NCBI RefSeq assembly: GCF_006345805.1
Contig: NC_043015.1
Span: forward strand, 31,186,001 to 31,250,000
Reading direction: 5' to 3'
Length of the DNA stretch: 64,000 bases
Source: Octopus sinensis
Lineage: Eukaryota
The notes below the pieces were generated by a model. That model did no database searches, was not told the DNA's origin, and saw nothing but the letters and a program-made list of their open reading frames with translations. The translations under genes were made by a program, and so were the position numbers. Below are positions 25,100 to 36,020 of this stretch, piece by piece. Numbering within the stretch: the stretch's first letter is position 1; every line of letters starts with the position of its first letter.

Positions 25100-25258
25100 C
25101 TTTTTTTTTTCAGTTCCCACCTACCAAACTCACTCACTAGGCTTTGGTCAAACCAAGGCAGCCATAGAAAACACTTGCCCAAGGAGCTGCATAGCAGGAG
25201 TGAACCCGAAACCTCATGGTTGCAAAGCAAAGTACTTAACTACACAACCATGCCTACA
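25100..25258 (-). mobile_element. SINE family A head, diverged
   Basis: ACACTTGCCCAAGG...GAACCCGAAACC motif. Confidence 0.7.
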
Positions 25259-25569
25259 CCTTTAGCAAAGTCAACCTCAGTGAGATTTGAACTCAGAAAG
25301 CCTGAACAACTGCTGCAAGGCATTTTATCTGACTTTTTAATGATTCTACAATTCACTGCTGTAAGTTAGTTATATTCAGTTCTGTTGACTCCATGGGTTC
25401 ATTGCTACATCATCACCATCGTCGTCGTCATCGTCGTTTAGCGTCCGCTTTCCATGCTGGCATGGGTTGGACGGTGCAACAGGGGTCTGGGAAGCCAGGA
25501 GGCTGCACCAGGCACAAGGTTTCAGAAAACATTTAAGGAAGAAAAAACTGAAATACATTAACAACATAC

Positions 25570-25632
25570 CTTTGTATCTTTTGCATAGTACAATTTACGT
25601 CCTTTTAATTTAAAATATTTCCGTCGATAACC
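25570..25632 (-). CDS. DGKH: Internal coding exon (63 nt, phase 0-0) of the same DGK; PH domain GYRRKYFKLKGRKLYYAKDTK
   Basis: ctctttctgttgcAG|GGTTAT...ACAAAG|GTatgt. Matches recalled DGKH [21 protein letters not shown]. The two exons together are about 24/37 identical by eye to the recalled sequence. Confidence 0.93.
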
Positions 25633-26070
25633 CTGCAACAGAAAGAGTGTAATGTAAATAATGCAACCAAAAACAATTCCAAAGAAAGCTAGCTTCATGG
25701 AAGAAAATGAACCCTTAAAATCCTAGACTGCAAGTAATTGCAACTAGCACTGAGTTTTGAGCCACACATAACTGCAATTCAAAGAGAGTTGTTTCAGATT
25801 GACACATAGGAACTAAGCACTTTTATGTGCAAGAACCAAGGTTTAGCCTCATTTTAAAAAGATGCCAAGCGATGTTGGGGGCACAAACAGATACACACAC
25901 ACACACACACACCACACACACACACATATATATATAGAAAGTGTGTCTATAGCCAGCTGGAGGAGGTGTCTTCCTGGGGCTACAAACTACAGTAGCATCC
26001 ACCCTTAGGGGTTAGCCATATTCAAATGGCAAATATACGTCACTATATATATATATATACATACATACAT

Positions 26071-26234
26071 GATGTGCATCTTTCAGTTTCCATCTACCAA
26101 ATCCACTCACAAGGCTTTGGTTGGATCCAAGGCTATAGTAGAAGATACTTGCCCAAGGTGCCACGCACTGGGACTGAACCGGAAACCATGTAGTTTGTAA
26201 GCAAGCTACTTACCATACAGCCACTCCTAGGCCT
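26071..26234 (-). mobile_element. SINE family A head/core
   Basis: TTTCAGTTTCCATCTACCAAATCCACTCACAAGG...CCACTCCT. Confidence 0.85.
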
Positions 26235-26363
26235 AGACGGAAACTGAGAGAAGCTAATCATGTATGTGCATGCATGCATACATGCGTGTGTGTGTGTCTT
26301 TGTGTCTACAAAGTCATGGTTAAGGTTTCTAGACAGACTATTGGATTCTACATTACCTTAGTT

Positions 26364-26663
26364 CAGTGTTTCTCAAACATATTTTGTCATGGAACAACCT
26401 TATACCATTTCCCAAATATCATAGAACTGTTCTCTATGTTTTACAGACAAACCCACAACAGCCTACTTTTAATAAGACATTAATCGAAACAAAAATTATT
26501 TCAGAGGGAGATTTTATTCATATGTAGTAACTTATTTTTTGAAAATGGTGAAAAGCTTGGTTTATAAAATAAAATTTTAATTAAATTTTATTAAAAGACA
26601 TCCCATGAAACTGGCGAATTTTTCTTTTTTTTTTTTTTCATGGAACCCACTTTCAGAAACATC
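26364..26663. mobile_element. Decayed hAT-type MITE
   Basis: CAGTGTTTCTCAAAC ... TTTCAGAAACATC. Internal CATGGAAC near both ends. TSD is degenerate. Confidence 0.55.
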
Positions 26664-26849
26664 CTAGTTCACCTAGCTGCCAGCAATTGGCTACACCATA
26701 TAAATGGATGTCTTACAGTGAGAATTTTTCTCACCTGTGCTTAACAAGATAAAAGCCACCATTGTTCAACTCTAAGGTGTGAGCAGTTCATTGAATAGAG
26801 AAAGGGTTAACATAGAACAAGGTTTATAGTTAAAATAGCTATGTGCAGC

Positions 26850-27018
26850 GGTGGTGGTGGGGCTGGTGGAGATGGCAGTGGTGTGGGGGGTAGCAACAAG
26901 GGAAGTGGTGGTGGTGGTGGTGGTGGCGGCGGCAGTAGTAGTAGTAGTGGTGGTGGTGGTGGTGGTGGTGGTGGTGGTGGTGGTAGTAGTAGTAGTGGTG
27001 GTGGTGGTGGTGGTGGTG

Positions 27019-27061
<43 letters not shown>

Positions 27062-27062
27062 G
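26850..27062. repeat. Compound (GGT)n/(AGT)n microsatellite
   Basis: Direct reading. Confidence 0.97.
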
Positions 27063-27359
27063 TCATAATACCACAGATCTAGGGTTTCAAAAGAGCTGAG
27101 GCTCTCACACCAATCCTCACATGTGTGGGTCATATTGTTATGCTGTATAAACCCTCCACTACAAACCAAGAAACTGTTTCACATCCTAGACTTAACAATT
27201 GTGGTTTTAACCCATTAAGCAAAAGGTGAGGTAAAAATTCTCAATATAGGACACCTGTTCATGGGGTGCAAGCAAACTGTGTGAAACATGGAGGTATGAA
27301 TCTAGCCACAGTTCACACACAATCAGCAGCAGCAGGGTCATATATAACAACCATAGCCA

Positions 27360-27397
27360 GTGTGTGTGTGAGAGAGAGAGAGAGATAGAGAGAGACA

Positions 27398-27429
<32 letters not shown>

Positions 27430-27542
27430 CAGTGTGTGTGTGTGTGTGTGAGAGGAGAGTGAGTGACATTGTGTGTGTGTGTGTGAGAGAGAGAGAGACA
27501 GTGTGTGTGTGTGTGTGTGTGAGAGAGGAGAGTGAGTGACAT

Positions 27543-27577
<35 letters not shown>

Positions 27578-27579
27578 CA

Positions 27580-27611
<32 letters not shown>

Positions 27612-27613
27612 CA

Positions 27614-27680
<67 letters not shown>

Positions 27681-27722
27681 TGTGTGTGAGGGGAGAGAGA
27701 GAGAGAGAGAGAGAGAGAGAAC
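27360..27722. repeat. Alternating (GT)n/(GA)n compound microsatellite with duplicated interruptions
   Basis: AGAGGAGAGTGAGTGACATT occurs twice. The GAGACAGTGT linker recurs. Confidence 0.95.
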
Positions 27723-27938
27723 TGTGTTCAAATTACAGTAACTTAATTCATCTCCCTGTCAGCGAAATAAACACTGAAAGCCGATATGAGAGTTTCTCTC
27801 GTGGTATTTACCACAGTATAGTTTGTTCCAACAGAACATACAAGTTTAAGCGAGGGTTAAATATTATCTCATGATATCAATACTGCCTCCGTTGCTAATA
27901 AACATCTTTTAACAATAACTTAAGGGAGATCACTTTAA

Positions 27939-28157
27939 CCCTTTAGCATTTAAACCGGCCATATCCGGCCCAAATATGCTTCCTGTTATATGTTCTAACT
28001 GGCCAGATCAAGCCTATCATACCTACCCTTCAATGCCATTATAAAATATACAGTCACATCATCAAAATTTCAAGACTGCAAAATAATGCAGGATTAATTA
28101 AAAACAATTTGAATGAAAAAGTGTTACCTTTGACAGAATAATTTGAATGCTAAAGGG
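27939..28157. mobile_element. piggyBac-like MITE, second family
   Basis: TTAA|CCCTTTAGCATT ... AATGCTAAAGGG|TTAA, perfect 12-bp TIRs. Confidence 0.88.
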
Positions 28158-28960
28158 TTAAACTAAAAAAGCAGGGCAAAAAAAGCAGGAAATATATCTT
28201 CCCCATCAGCCACATAAACAACCACATACATATGAACGGTGTATTTATCTAGTATTTTGCTTCTCTGAAATAATAAACAATTTGTTGCATGTGCTTCATA
28301 TATTAGGGACAACGGTTCTCACCCTTTTGTTGCTCAACTCAACACTTCCTTTCGCTGAATGGTGTCTCACAAAACCCCACTTTTGGGACTGCAGCCATGC
28401 TGGGGCACTGCCTTGAAGGGTTCAGCTGAACAAATCAATCCTTGTACTTACTCTGGTTTCAAAGTCTAGTAATTATTCTTATTTCTTTACGACCCACAAG
28501 GGGCTAAACATAGAGGGGACAAACAAGGACAGACAAAGGTTTATAGTTAAAATAGCTATGTATGCCAGGGCACTGCCTTGAAAGGTTAGCTGAACAAATT
28601 AACACCAGCACTATTCCTTTTTTTTCTAAGCCTGGTACTTACTGTATCAGTCACGTTTTTGCTGAACAGGGATATAAACAAACCAACAGTTTGTCAACAG
28701 TTGTCAAGAGGTACTAGGGGACAAACACAAACCCCTAATGTGTGTGTATGTGTGTGTGTTGTATAAACACACACAACAGGCTTCTTTTACTTTTCTGCCT
28801 ACCAAATCCACTCATAAGGCTTTGGTCGGCCTGGGGATACAATAGAAGACACTTGCCCACAGTGCCATGTAGTGGGACTGAACCCAGAAATGTGTGTCTG
28901 GGAAGCAAGCTTCTTACCAGACAGTCACACTTGCGCTTATGATGTCTGTATGTATGTATG

Positions 28961-29173
28961 CTTTTATTCTTTTACATGTTTCAGTCATTTGACTGTGGCC
29001 ATGCTGGAGCAGGGCCTTAATAGGTTTTTTTGGTCGAACAAATCAACCCCAGGACTTATTTCTTAAGCCTAGTACCTATTCTATCAGTCTCTTTGTCGAA
29101 CTGCTAAGCTACAGGTATGTAAACACACTAAGTCTGGTTGTCAAGAAGTGATGAGGAAACAAACATAGACGCA

Positions 29174-29227
<54 letters not shown>

Positions 29228-29392
29228 ATGACAGGCTTCTTTCAGTTTCCGTCTACCAAATCCTACTCACAAGGATTCAGTCAACCCAAAGTTATAGTAG
29301 AAGACGTTTGCCCAAGGTGCCACGCAGTGGGGCTGAACCTGAAACCTTGTGGTTGGGAAGCAAACTTCTTACCACACAGCCACGCTTGGGCC
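28961..29392 (-). mobile_element. SINE family A
   Basis: Colinear with the consensus. Preceded by an older composite copy at 28385-28930. Confidence 0.8.
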
Positions 29393-29793
29393 TATATCTG
29401 TATGCATGTACTATCATACGGTGTGTGTTTATGGTCTGATTGTTAGACATTGAAAACACAGGCCTTGTTAGTGACAACTTTCCAACTCTCAACAGTTGAT
29501 GAAACAAGAAAGAGCGAAGAACCAACGTATCACCTATTATGACTCAATCCATCAAACGAGTCTTAAGAAATCCCACAATAAAAAGAAACATTCTAAATAT
29601 AAATCTGGCATTGACAAAGCATCTTAAATATTTCATAACTATTCTGATAACAGTTAAACATTTAGTGCTGGTGGTGGTGGAGGTGACAGTGGTTTTGGTG
29701 GTGACAGCGGTGGTGATGGTAGTGGTGGTGGTGTTGGTGATAGTGGTAGTGGTGGTGGTGGAGGCAGTAAATCTTCCAACTGAACCAAGCAAA

Positions 29794-30003
29794 CTCTTTT
29801 TACTCTTTTACTTGTTTCAGTCATTTGACTGCGGCCATGCTGGAGCACCGCCTTTAATCGAGCAACTCGACCCCGGGACTTATTCATTGTAAGCCCAGTG
29901 CTTATTCTATCAGTCTCTTTTGCCGAACCGCTAAGTGACGGGGACGTAAACACACCAGCATTGGTTGTCAAGCGATGTTGGGGGGACAAACACAGACACA
30001 CAA

Positions 30004-30035
<32 letters not shown>

Positions 30036-30210
30036 GTACATATATACGACAGGCTTCTTTCAGTTTCCGTCTACCAAATCCACTCACAAGGCATTGGTCG
30101 GCCCGGGGCTATAGTAGAAGACACTTGCCCAAGATGCCACGCAGTGGGACTGAACCCGGAACCATGTGGTTGGTAAGCAAGCTACTTACCACACAGCCAC
30201 TCCTGCGCCT
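29794..30210 (-). mobile_element. SINE family A, full length, young
   Basis: Near-consensus copy. Confidence 0.9.
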
Positions 30211-30793
30211 ATTTCCATTGGTTTTTTTTTTGTTTTGTTTTGGGTTTTTTATTATCTGCCACTCACAACTCTTAAAGAAAAGTATCACCATTTTTCAATG
30301 TTTGGGGACAGAATCTGAACTCAGAATCCAAAGAGCCAAGACAGATACCAACAGATTACTACAAGACATCCCATTTGATGCTCTAAAAATTTTAACAATC
30401 CACCAGCCTGCACTGGCACCTTTTTTGTTCTTTTTTTTGCTTTGTTTTAATCACCCCCTAAAGAAAGGTAAAGCTGACTTCAATGGGATTTGAGCAGAAA
30501 ATCAGGCAAAAATGTCATGAGGTGTTCTATCCAACACTAACAACACTGCCAATTTGGTGCTTTGAAACATTTAGTAGAGATTTTAAGATGGTTGTCTGGG
30601 TATACCTCATGGAGTGACAACTAGGAACTGCATAGTTACAGGCTGCCCTTTGGCAAGGTAAAGCACCTGTTCAGCCACCCTACAGGAAAAGTATCACCTG
30701 TACAGGAAATTACCACCTGTATCATCTCTTGTGAAAGGTAGAGTCCAGTTTGCAGGACATTGTTGCAGAGCTGAAAACGAGGTAATTTCTACT

Positions 30794-30973
30794 CTTCTTC
30801 TCTGGAAGCCATCTGCTCGCGATACCAGAGGGTGCACACTCTCCTACCTGATGTAATCTCCAGTGATACAGGCATCCAGCAACAGGACCTCTGTAATGCT
30901 ATGATGGACCGTGAAGTCCGGCGTAACATAGTAAATTCCATTGTCTCGACCACGGTCGAACAATGATGATGAC
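30794..30973 (+). mobile_element. RTE-type LINE 3' end with (TGA)n tail
   Basis: LLWKPSARDTRGCTLSY.DVISSDTGIQQQDLCNAMMDREV.RNIVNSIVSTTVEQ*. Flanked by the TCTACT direct repeat. Confidence 0.65.
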
Positions 30974-31336
30974 TCTACTAAGTACATGGCAAAGCCATGG
31001 GAATGCAGCATGGTGGATTGTGAAGAGGTGGTGGAAGGACTCAACTGATCCAATAGTGATTCTTACATTGATGCTGAGTGGAGAAATCCTAGAAGATCAA
31101 TAGTGAGGATCACCAAGTTCTGTTAAGAGAGCAACTGCAACACACCCATAGGTTTGGTGCCGTGGTTGTGTGATTGGTTCATGAAAAATTCACTGTGACT
31201 CAAGCTTCCAGTTCAAATTCATAATAATGTTGTTGGATGGCAACAGAGAGTCATGGGAATCAGTGAAAGCAGCAAAACAAGAAAAAGAGGTTTAAGAAAA
31301 CAAAATGTGAATGTGAAAAAATACAAGTAAATTTAC

Positions 31337-31384
31337 CTGAAAAGTGCTCGTATGTTTCATCAAATAACCTTCTTTAATGGCAGT
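31337..31384 (-). CDS. DGKH: Internal coding exon (48 nt, phase 0-0) of a type II diacylglycerol kinase (DGK delta/eta-like); start of PH domain, TAIKEGYLMKHTSTFQ
   Basis: Minus strand reads tttctttctgtttcttctctgttcccAG|ACTGCC...TTTCAG|GTaaat. Translation matches recalled human DGKH TSIKEGQLLKQTSSFQ. It joins in frame to exon 25570-25632. The symbol is approximate (DGKD/DGKH co-orthologue). Confidence 0.92.
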
Positions 31385-31725
31385 CTGGGAACAGAGAAGA
31401 AACAGAAAGAAATATCAGATTATTGAAAAACATTTTCTTTCTACATTTTTTCTTAAATGGAATAAAATAGATATTCACTTGAACATATTTCATCATCTTT
31501 TTAAAGGTTAAAATAAGATCCCTTTTTTTTATTTTTTAACGTTTATCATTGTTATCAGCATCATAATCACTTAATGTCCACTTTTTCATGCTTGTATATC
31601 CAGCTGGAGTTCATTGAGGTAGATTTTGTACCTCTGGATGCTTTTCCTGTAGCCAACCCTTACCCATATCCAAACAAGGTAATACTTCTGTATAACCAGA
31701 TACACTGGCATAGAATATCGCAAAT

Positions 31726-31850
31726 GAATACCTATTTCTTTATTGCCCACAAGGGGCTAAACACAGAGGGGACAAACAAGGACAGACATAGGTATTAAGT
31801 CGATTACATCGACCCCCAGTGCGTAACTGGTACTTAATCTATCGACCCTG
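31726..31850 (-). mobile_element. SINE family B, 3' half
   Basis: Consensus 3' half. Confidence 0.85.
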
Positions 31851-33013
31851 AAATATATATATATATATGTATGTATATATATATACACACACACATATAT
31901 ATACACATATATACATACAGATATAGATATAGATTTAGTAACTGCAACAACTTTAAATAATTATCTATTTCATTGCACATATTATGTACATGTATGTGTT
32001 TGCATAGATGTTTTTTATGTCTCTGTGTTCAGGCAGAACCACTTGGCAAATAAAATCCGAGGCTTATTTTCAGATTCTAGTTGGAGCCATTGCATGCTGT
32101 ACCACATATGCCTCTTGCATTTGTGCTCTACGATAGTCAATACTTTATGCGTGGGTGGGTTGCATCAGGCCAGTTTTTTTTTCTTGGCACACCATACAGA
32201 AACAAAGTCTTCAGTGATATCACAGCTCAATGTACTGCATATATCATTTCAAACTTTCTCTCCTTCTCTATCTCTCTCATTCACACACACACATACACAC
32301 ATGTAAGTATATCATATAATGTAATATATACATACATATAACATATATATATGTAGAGAGAGAGAGATATACATTTATATATATATATATCATCAGCATC
32401 ATCATTTAAGAGACAGATACCCTTCCAGTTGCCAACCCTCACCTGTTTCCAAGCAAGTTAATACTTTCCCAGACAAGTTTTTCATGGAAGACTGGAAACA
32501 AACAACCTTGCCTGCAATGATGATGCTCATTTACAATCAAAACATGATGTCTAGACCAAAGTGCACACAAACACACACATTACACTATATCATATATATG
32601 GCAGACAGACAGATAGATAGATAGATATCATTATCATACCTTGCTTTCCATGCCAGCATGGGTGAGACAGTTTGACAAGACTCATTTTCCTTTGTGTGTG
32701 TGTGTGTGTGTGTATTACATTACACGCACACACAAGGGGTGTACCAAAAGTAATGCAAATGAGGACTTATTCATTGACACTGGTGGTTCAAATTGCACAT
32801 GTCCATAAAGTAAGTTTCCCTATATAATAACTTTTCTTCCTGTTCTTTACTTCATTGCATATAAAGAATGGGGTCCAAGTAGAAGCAACGTTTTGTCGTT
32901 GAAACCTTGAAAAGGCAGGGGTAAGGCATCCAATCCTGCATCCAACAGAAGGCTACAGTTTATTTATGGCGATGATACCATTGACAAGAACAGAGATTGA
33001 TGAAGAAATTTAT

Positions 33014-33178
33014 AGGTGCAGACATGATTGTGTAGTAAGAAGTTTACTGCCAAAGCACATGGTTCCAGGTTCAGTCCCACTGCGTGACACCTTGGGCAAG
33101 TGTCTTCAAGTATAGTCTGAAGCTGACCAAAGCCTTGTGAGTGGATTTTGCAGACGGAGACTGAAAGAAACCTGTTAT
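33014..33178 (+). mobile_element. SINE family A head/core
   Basis: GGTTCAGTCCCACTGCGTGACACCTTGGGCAAGTG...ACTGAAAGAAACC. Confidence 0.82.
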
Positions 33179-33189
33179 ATATATATATG

Positions 33190-33720
33190 CCAAATGCCAG
33201 CTTTCTTTTGGGGTACATGACGCTGCTGTCCCCCATCCTAGGGTCTCAAGGGCCCACACCTCTCACACCCTCAGGGTTGGCACACAGAAAATAGGTCTGG
33301 TGAGATTGTTGAGATGCTTGAACGGAGACGTGTAGATTTGTGCTGCATCCAATAAGTAAGGTGGAGAGGAGGTTCTGCTAGGTTCCTCACAGGCAAAGAA
33401 CAGAGGATTTTCTGGGCAAGGAATGAAGCTAGTATGCTCTGCTGGATGTGTAATGTCAGTATGCATACATGACAGAGTGTAAGCGCCCTGAAAGAAAAGA
33501 AGGATCAGAAAAGAGACATAAGAAGCATCAGATGTGATGTGCAAGAGAGACAACTGCACTGGTATGGTCATGTGTTGCATATGGATGAGGACAGCTGTGT
33601 GAAAAAGTGTCACACTCTAGCAGTAGAGGGAACCTGTGGAAGAGGTAGACCCAGGAACACCTGGGATGAGGTGGTGAAGTATGACCTTCAAACGTTGTGC
33701 CTCACCAAGGCGATGACATG
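33190..33720 (+). mobile_element. Internally deleted RTE-clade LINE (APE N-terminus fused to ORF C-terminus)
   Basis: RSGEIVEMLERRRVDLCCIQ*VRWRGGSARFLTGK..IFWA is joined at about 33420 to NEASML.WMCNVS..QERQLHWYGHVLHMDEDSCVKKCHTLAVEGTCGRGRPRNTWDEVVKYDL. Confidence 0.85.
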
Positions 33721-33816
33721 ATTGATTGATTGACTGATTGATTGATTGATTGATTGATTGATACATACATACATACATACATACATTCATACATACATAC
33801 ATACATACACACATGA

Positions 33817-33854
<38 letters not shown>

Positions 33855-33875
33855 ATCAGACAGACAGACAGATAT
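33720..33875. repeat. Serial tetranucleotide repeats (ATTG)(ATAC)(ATAG)(ACAG)
   Basis: Direct reading. Confidence 0.95.
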
Positions 33876-34175
33876 AGATATCCAAACTGATATATAGCTT
33901 TGCTATATTAAAGTTTTATATTTCAGCAAACATGTTCATAAGTGGCTGAAATCCAGTACAAGTTAGTGTGAGTGTTTTGTGTCTATAAAACAGTAAATGT
34001 TTGTAAGCAACAATTCAAGAAGGAAAAATAATAATTGAATCATACCTTCCTTGCTTCATAGGTAAATATGGTAACCATCACAAATGGATGATGAAACAGT
34101 ACTGTTACTATTCTTACTAATACGAAGAAGTAGCATACAAATGGTTGTGTGTGTGTGTGTACAGATATATATATA

Positions 34176-34237
<62 letters not shown>

Positions 34238-35031
34238 CATACATACACATATAAATTATGTGTGTATGTTTGAAAGAGAGAGAGAGAGAGTGAGAGAAAT
34301 GATTATAAAGTTAAGGTCGAATTGCTGACCACATGATGTTGTTTTCTATCATGCTATGTTGTACTCCCCCGACCAAGGTATGTAGGGAACCCAGCTACCT
34401 TCAGTTTCCCTTGACAATATAAGACAAGGTCCACTCCCTAAAAACAGTTGCTCCAACATAATGTATCTCAATCATGCAATCATGGAAAAAATGATGCAAA
34501 CTGCTACACACACACACACACACACACACACATGTTTTTGCTTCAAAATAGCTGTAGACCTCCTACACAATTTTCCACCCACAACAGTTTAATATATTAT
34601 CTGCTGGGGTTACATGCTATCAATAATAATACAAAAAAATTAAAAAAACATTGAGAAAGTTGGATGTGTTTTCTTTCTGGCCATTTCATCTGGATATATA
34701 TTTCTTCAGCTTCACACCTCCAGATCACTAAATCAATAACAGACCACACAGCATGCTATCATCACTCACTACATACATCACTTTAGATTATATACGCTTT
34801 AATCAAACATGCACTCCTTTCTCTTGTCACTTTCAATTATCTTCATATTACAGTCGAGAAGAAATTTTTTTTTTTATATATTTTGAAACCAAACCACTGC
34901 TAAAGGAACATCATCACCATCGCTACCATCCTGAAAAACGATTGCCATTTGACACAAGAGAATCTAAAGATCCCAGAGTTCAATGATAACAACAAAAATC
35001 CCTGAGATTTGATGATGTAGTTAATACTTAC

Positions 35032-35052
35032 CTTAGCACAGTCTGTGGTTAA
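35032..35052 (-). CDS. Candidate 21-nt in-frame micro-exon (LTTDCAK) upstream of the PH-domain exon
   Basis: Long polypyrimidine tract tttcttttactcttcttacctgttgttttacttgtcAG|TTAACCACAGACTGTGCTAAG|GTAAGTA with a consensus donor. Phase 0-0, ends in Lys. No homology evidence. Confidence 0.5.
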
Positions 35053-35596
35053 CTGACAAGTAAAACAACAGGTAAGAAGAGTAAAAGAAATGCTAGTCCG
35101 AGAGACTGATTTATATACCATAATGACAAAATAGATGCAAAATTATGTGAGATGTATAATAATGAATCAACAGTAGTTTCAAGGCTAAACTTTTCCATTT
35201 GAAACAGCTTACATCACATTTACGAACATTCCAATTTATCGCAGCTTCACCAAATGGTTATTATTAGTTCATTTGAAATTCTTAAAACAATAAATGATAT
35301 TGTATTATCTTGCATTATTATTCAACCAACCAATTATTCCTTCTGTCATCACTTTTTAATAAAAACTGCTTAAGAGAGATTTAAAAAAAAAAAGATTTTT
35401 TTTTTTCAAAACCAGAATCCCTGACAGCTCTCCACATTATTTATGGAGAAACCGAAGCTGTTGGTTTTGATCATAAAATTAGTTGGATTACCTGCTACTA
35501 CAGCCACTGGCTGTCAAAGACTGACACCTACGATAAGAAGATGACTCAGTCAGCTAACCATAACCTGCATTGCTAATTTGTGCTGTGTGGTTGCTG

Positions 35597-36020
35597 ACTT
35601 GTATCACAAAGTGACCCAGGCTGCTGAGCTGTGTCACAAAAGTGATCTGGGCTGCTGAGCTGTGTCACAAAGTGACCCAGGCTGATAAGCTGCGTCACAA
35701 AAGTGATCTGAGCTGCTGAGCTGTGTCACAAAGTGACCCAGGCTGATAAGCTGCGTCACAAAAGTGATCTGAGCTGCTGAGCTGTGTTACGAAAGTGATC
35801 TGAGCTGCTGAGCTATGTCACAAAGTGACCTAGGTTGCTGAGCTACACCACAAAAGTGATTTGAACTGCTGGGCTGTGTTACAAAAGAGATCTGGGCTAT
35901 TGAGTTGTGTCACAAAGTGACCTGGACTGCTGAGCTGTGTCACAAAAGTCATCTGGGTTACTGAACTACAAAAGTGACCCAAGTTATGTCACAAGGCGAC
36001 CCAAAATACTGAGCTCCTTC
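35597..36020. repeat. Minisatellite of about 13-14 units of 30/31 bp with 61-bp higher-order dimers
   Basis: GTGTCACAAAGTGACCCAGGCTGCTGAGCT alternates with GTGTCACAAAAGTGATCTGRGCTGCTGAGCT. Confidence 0.95.

Noticed and set aside
32733-32830. Mariner-like terminal sequence (CAAGGGGTGTACCAAAAGTAATG)
   Set aside because: No partner TIR or coding remnant is visible, so it is too weak to call.
35597-36020. CRISPR-like appearance of the 30-bp palindromic repeats
   Set aside because: Units are contiguous with no unique spacers, there are no cas genes, and the context is eukaryotic.
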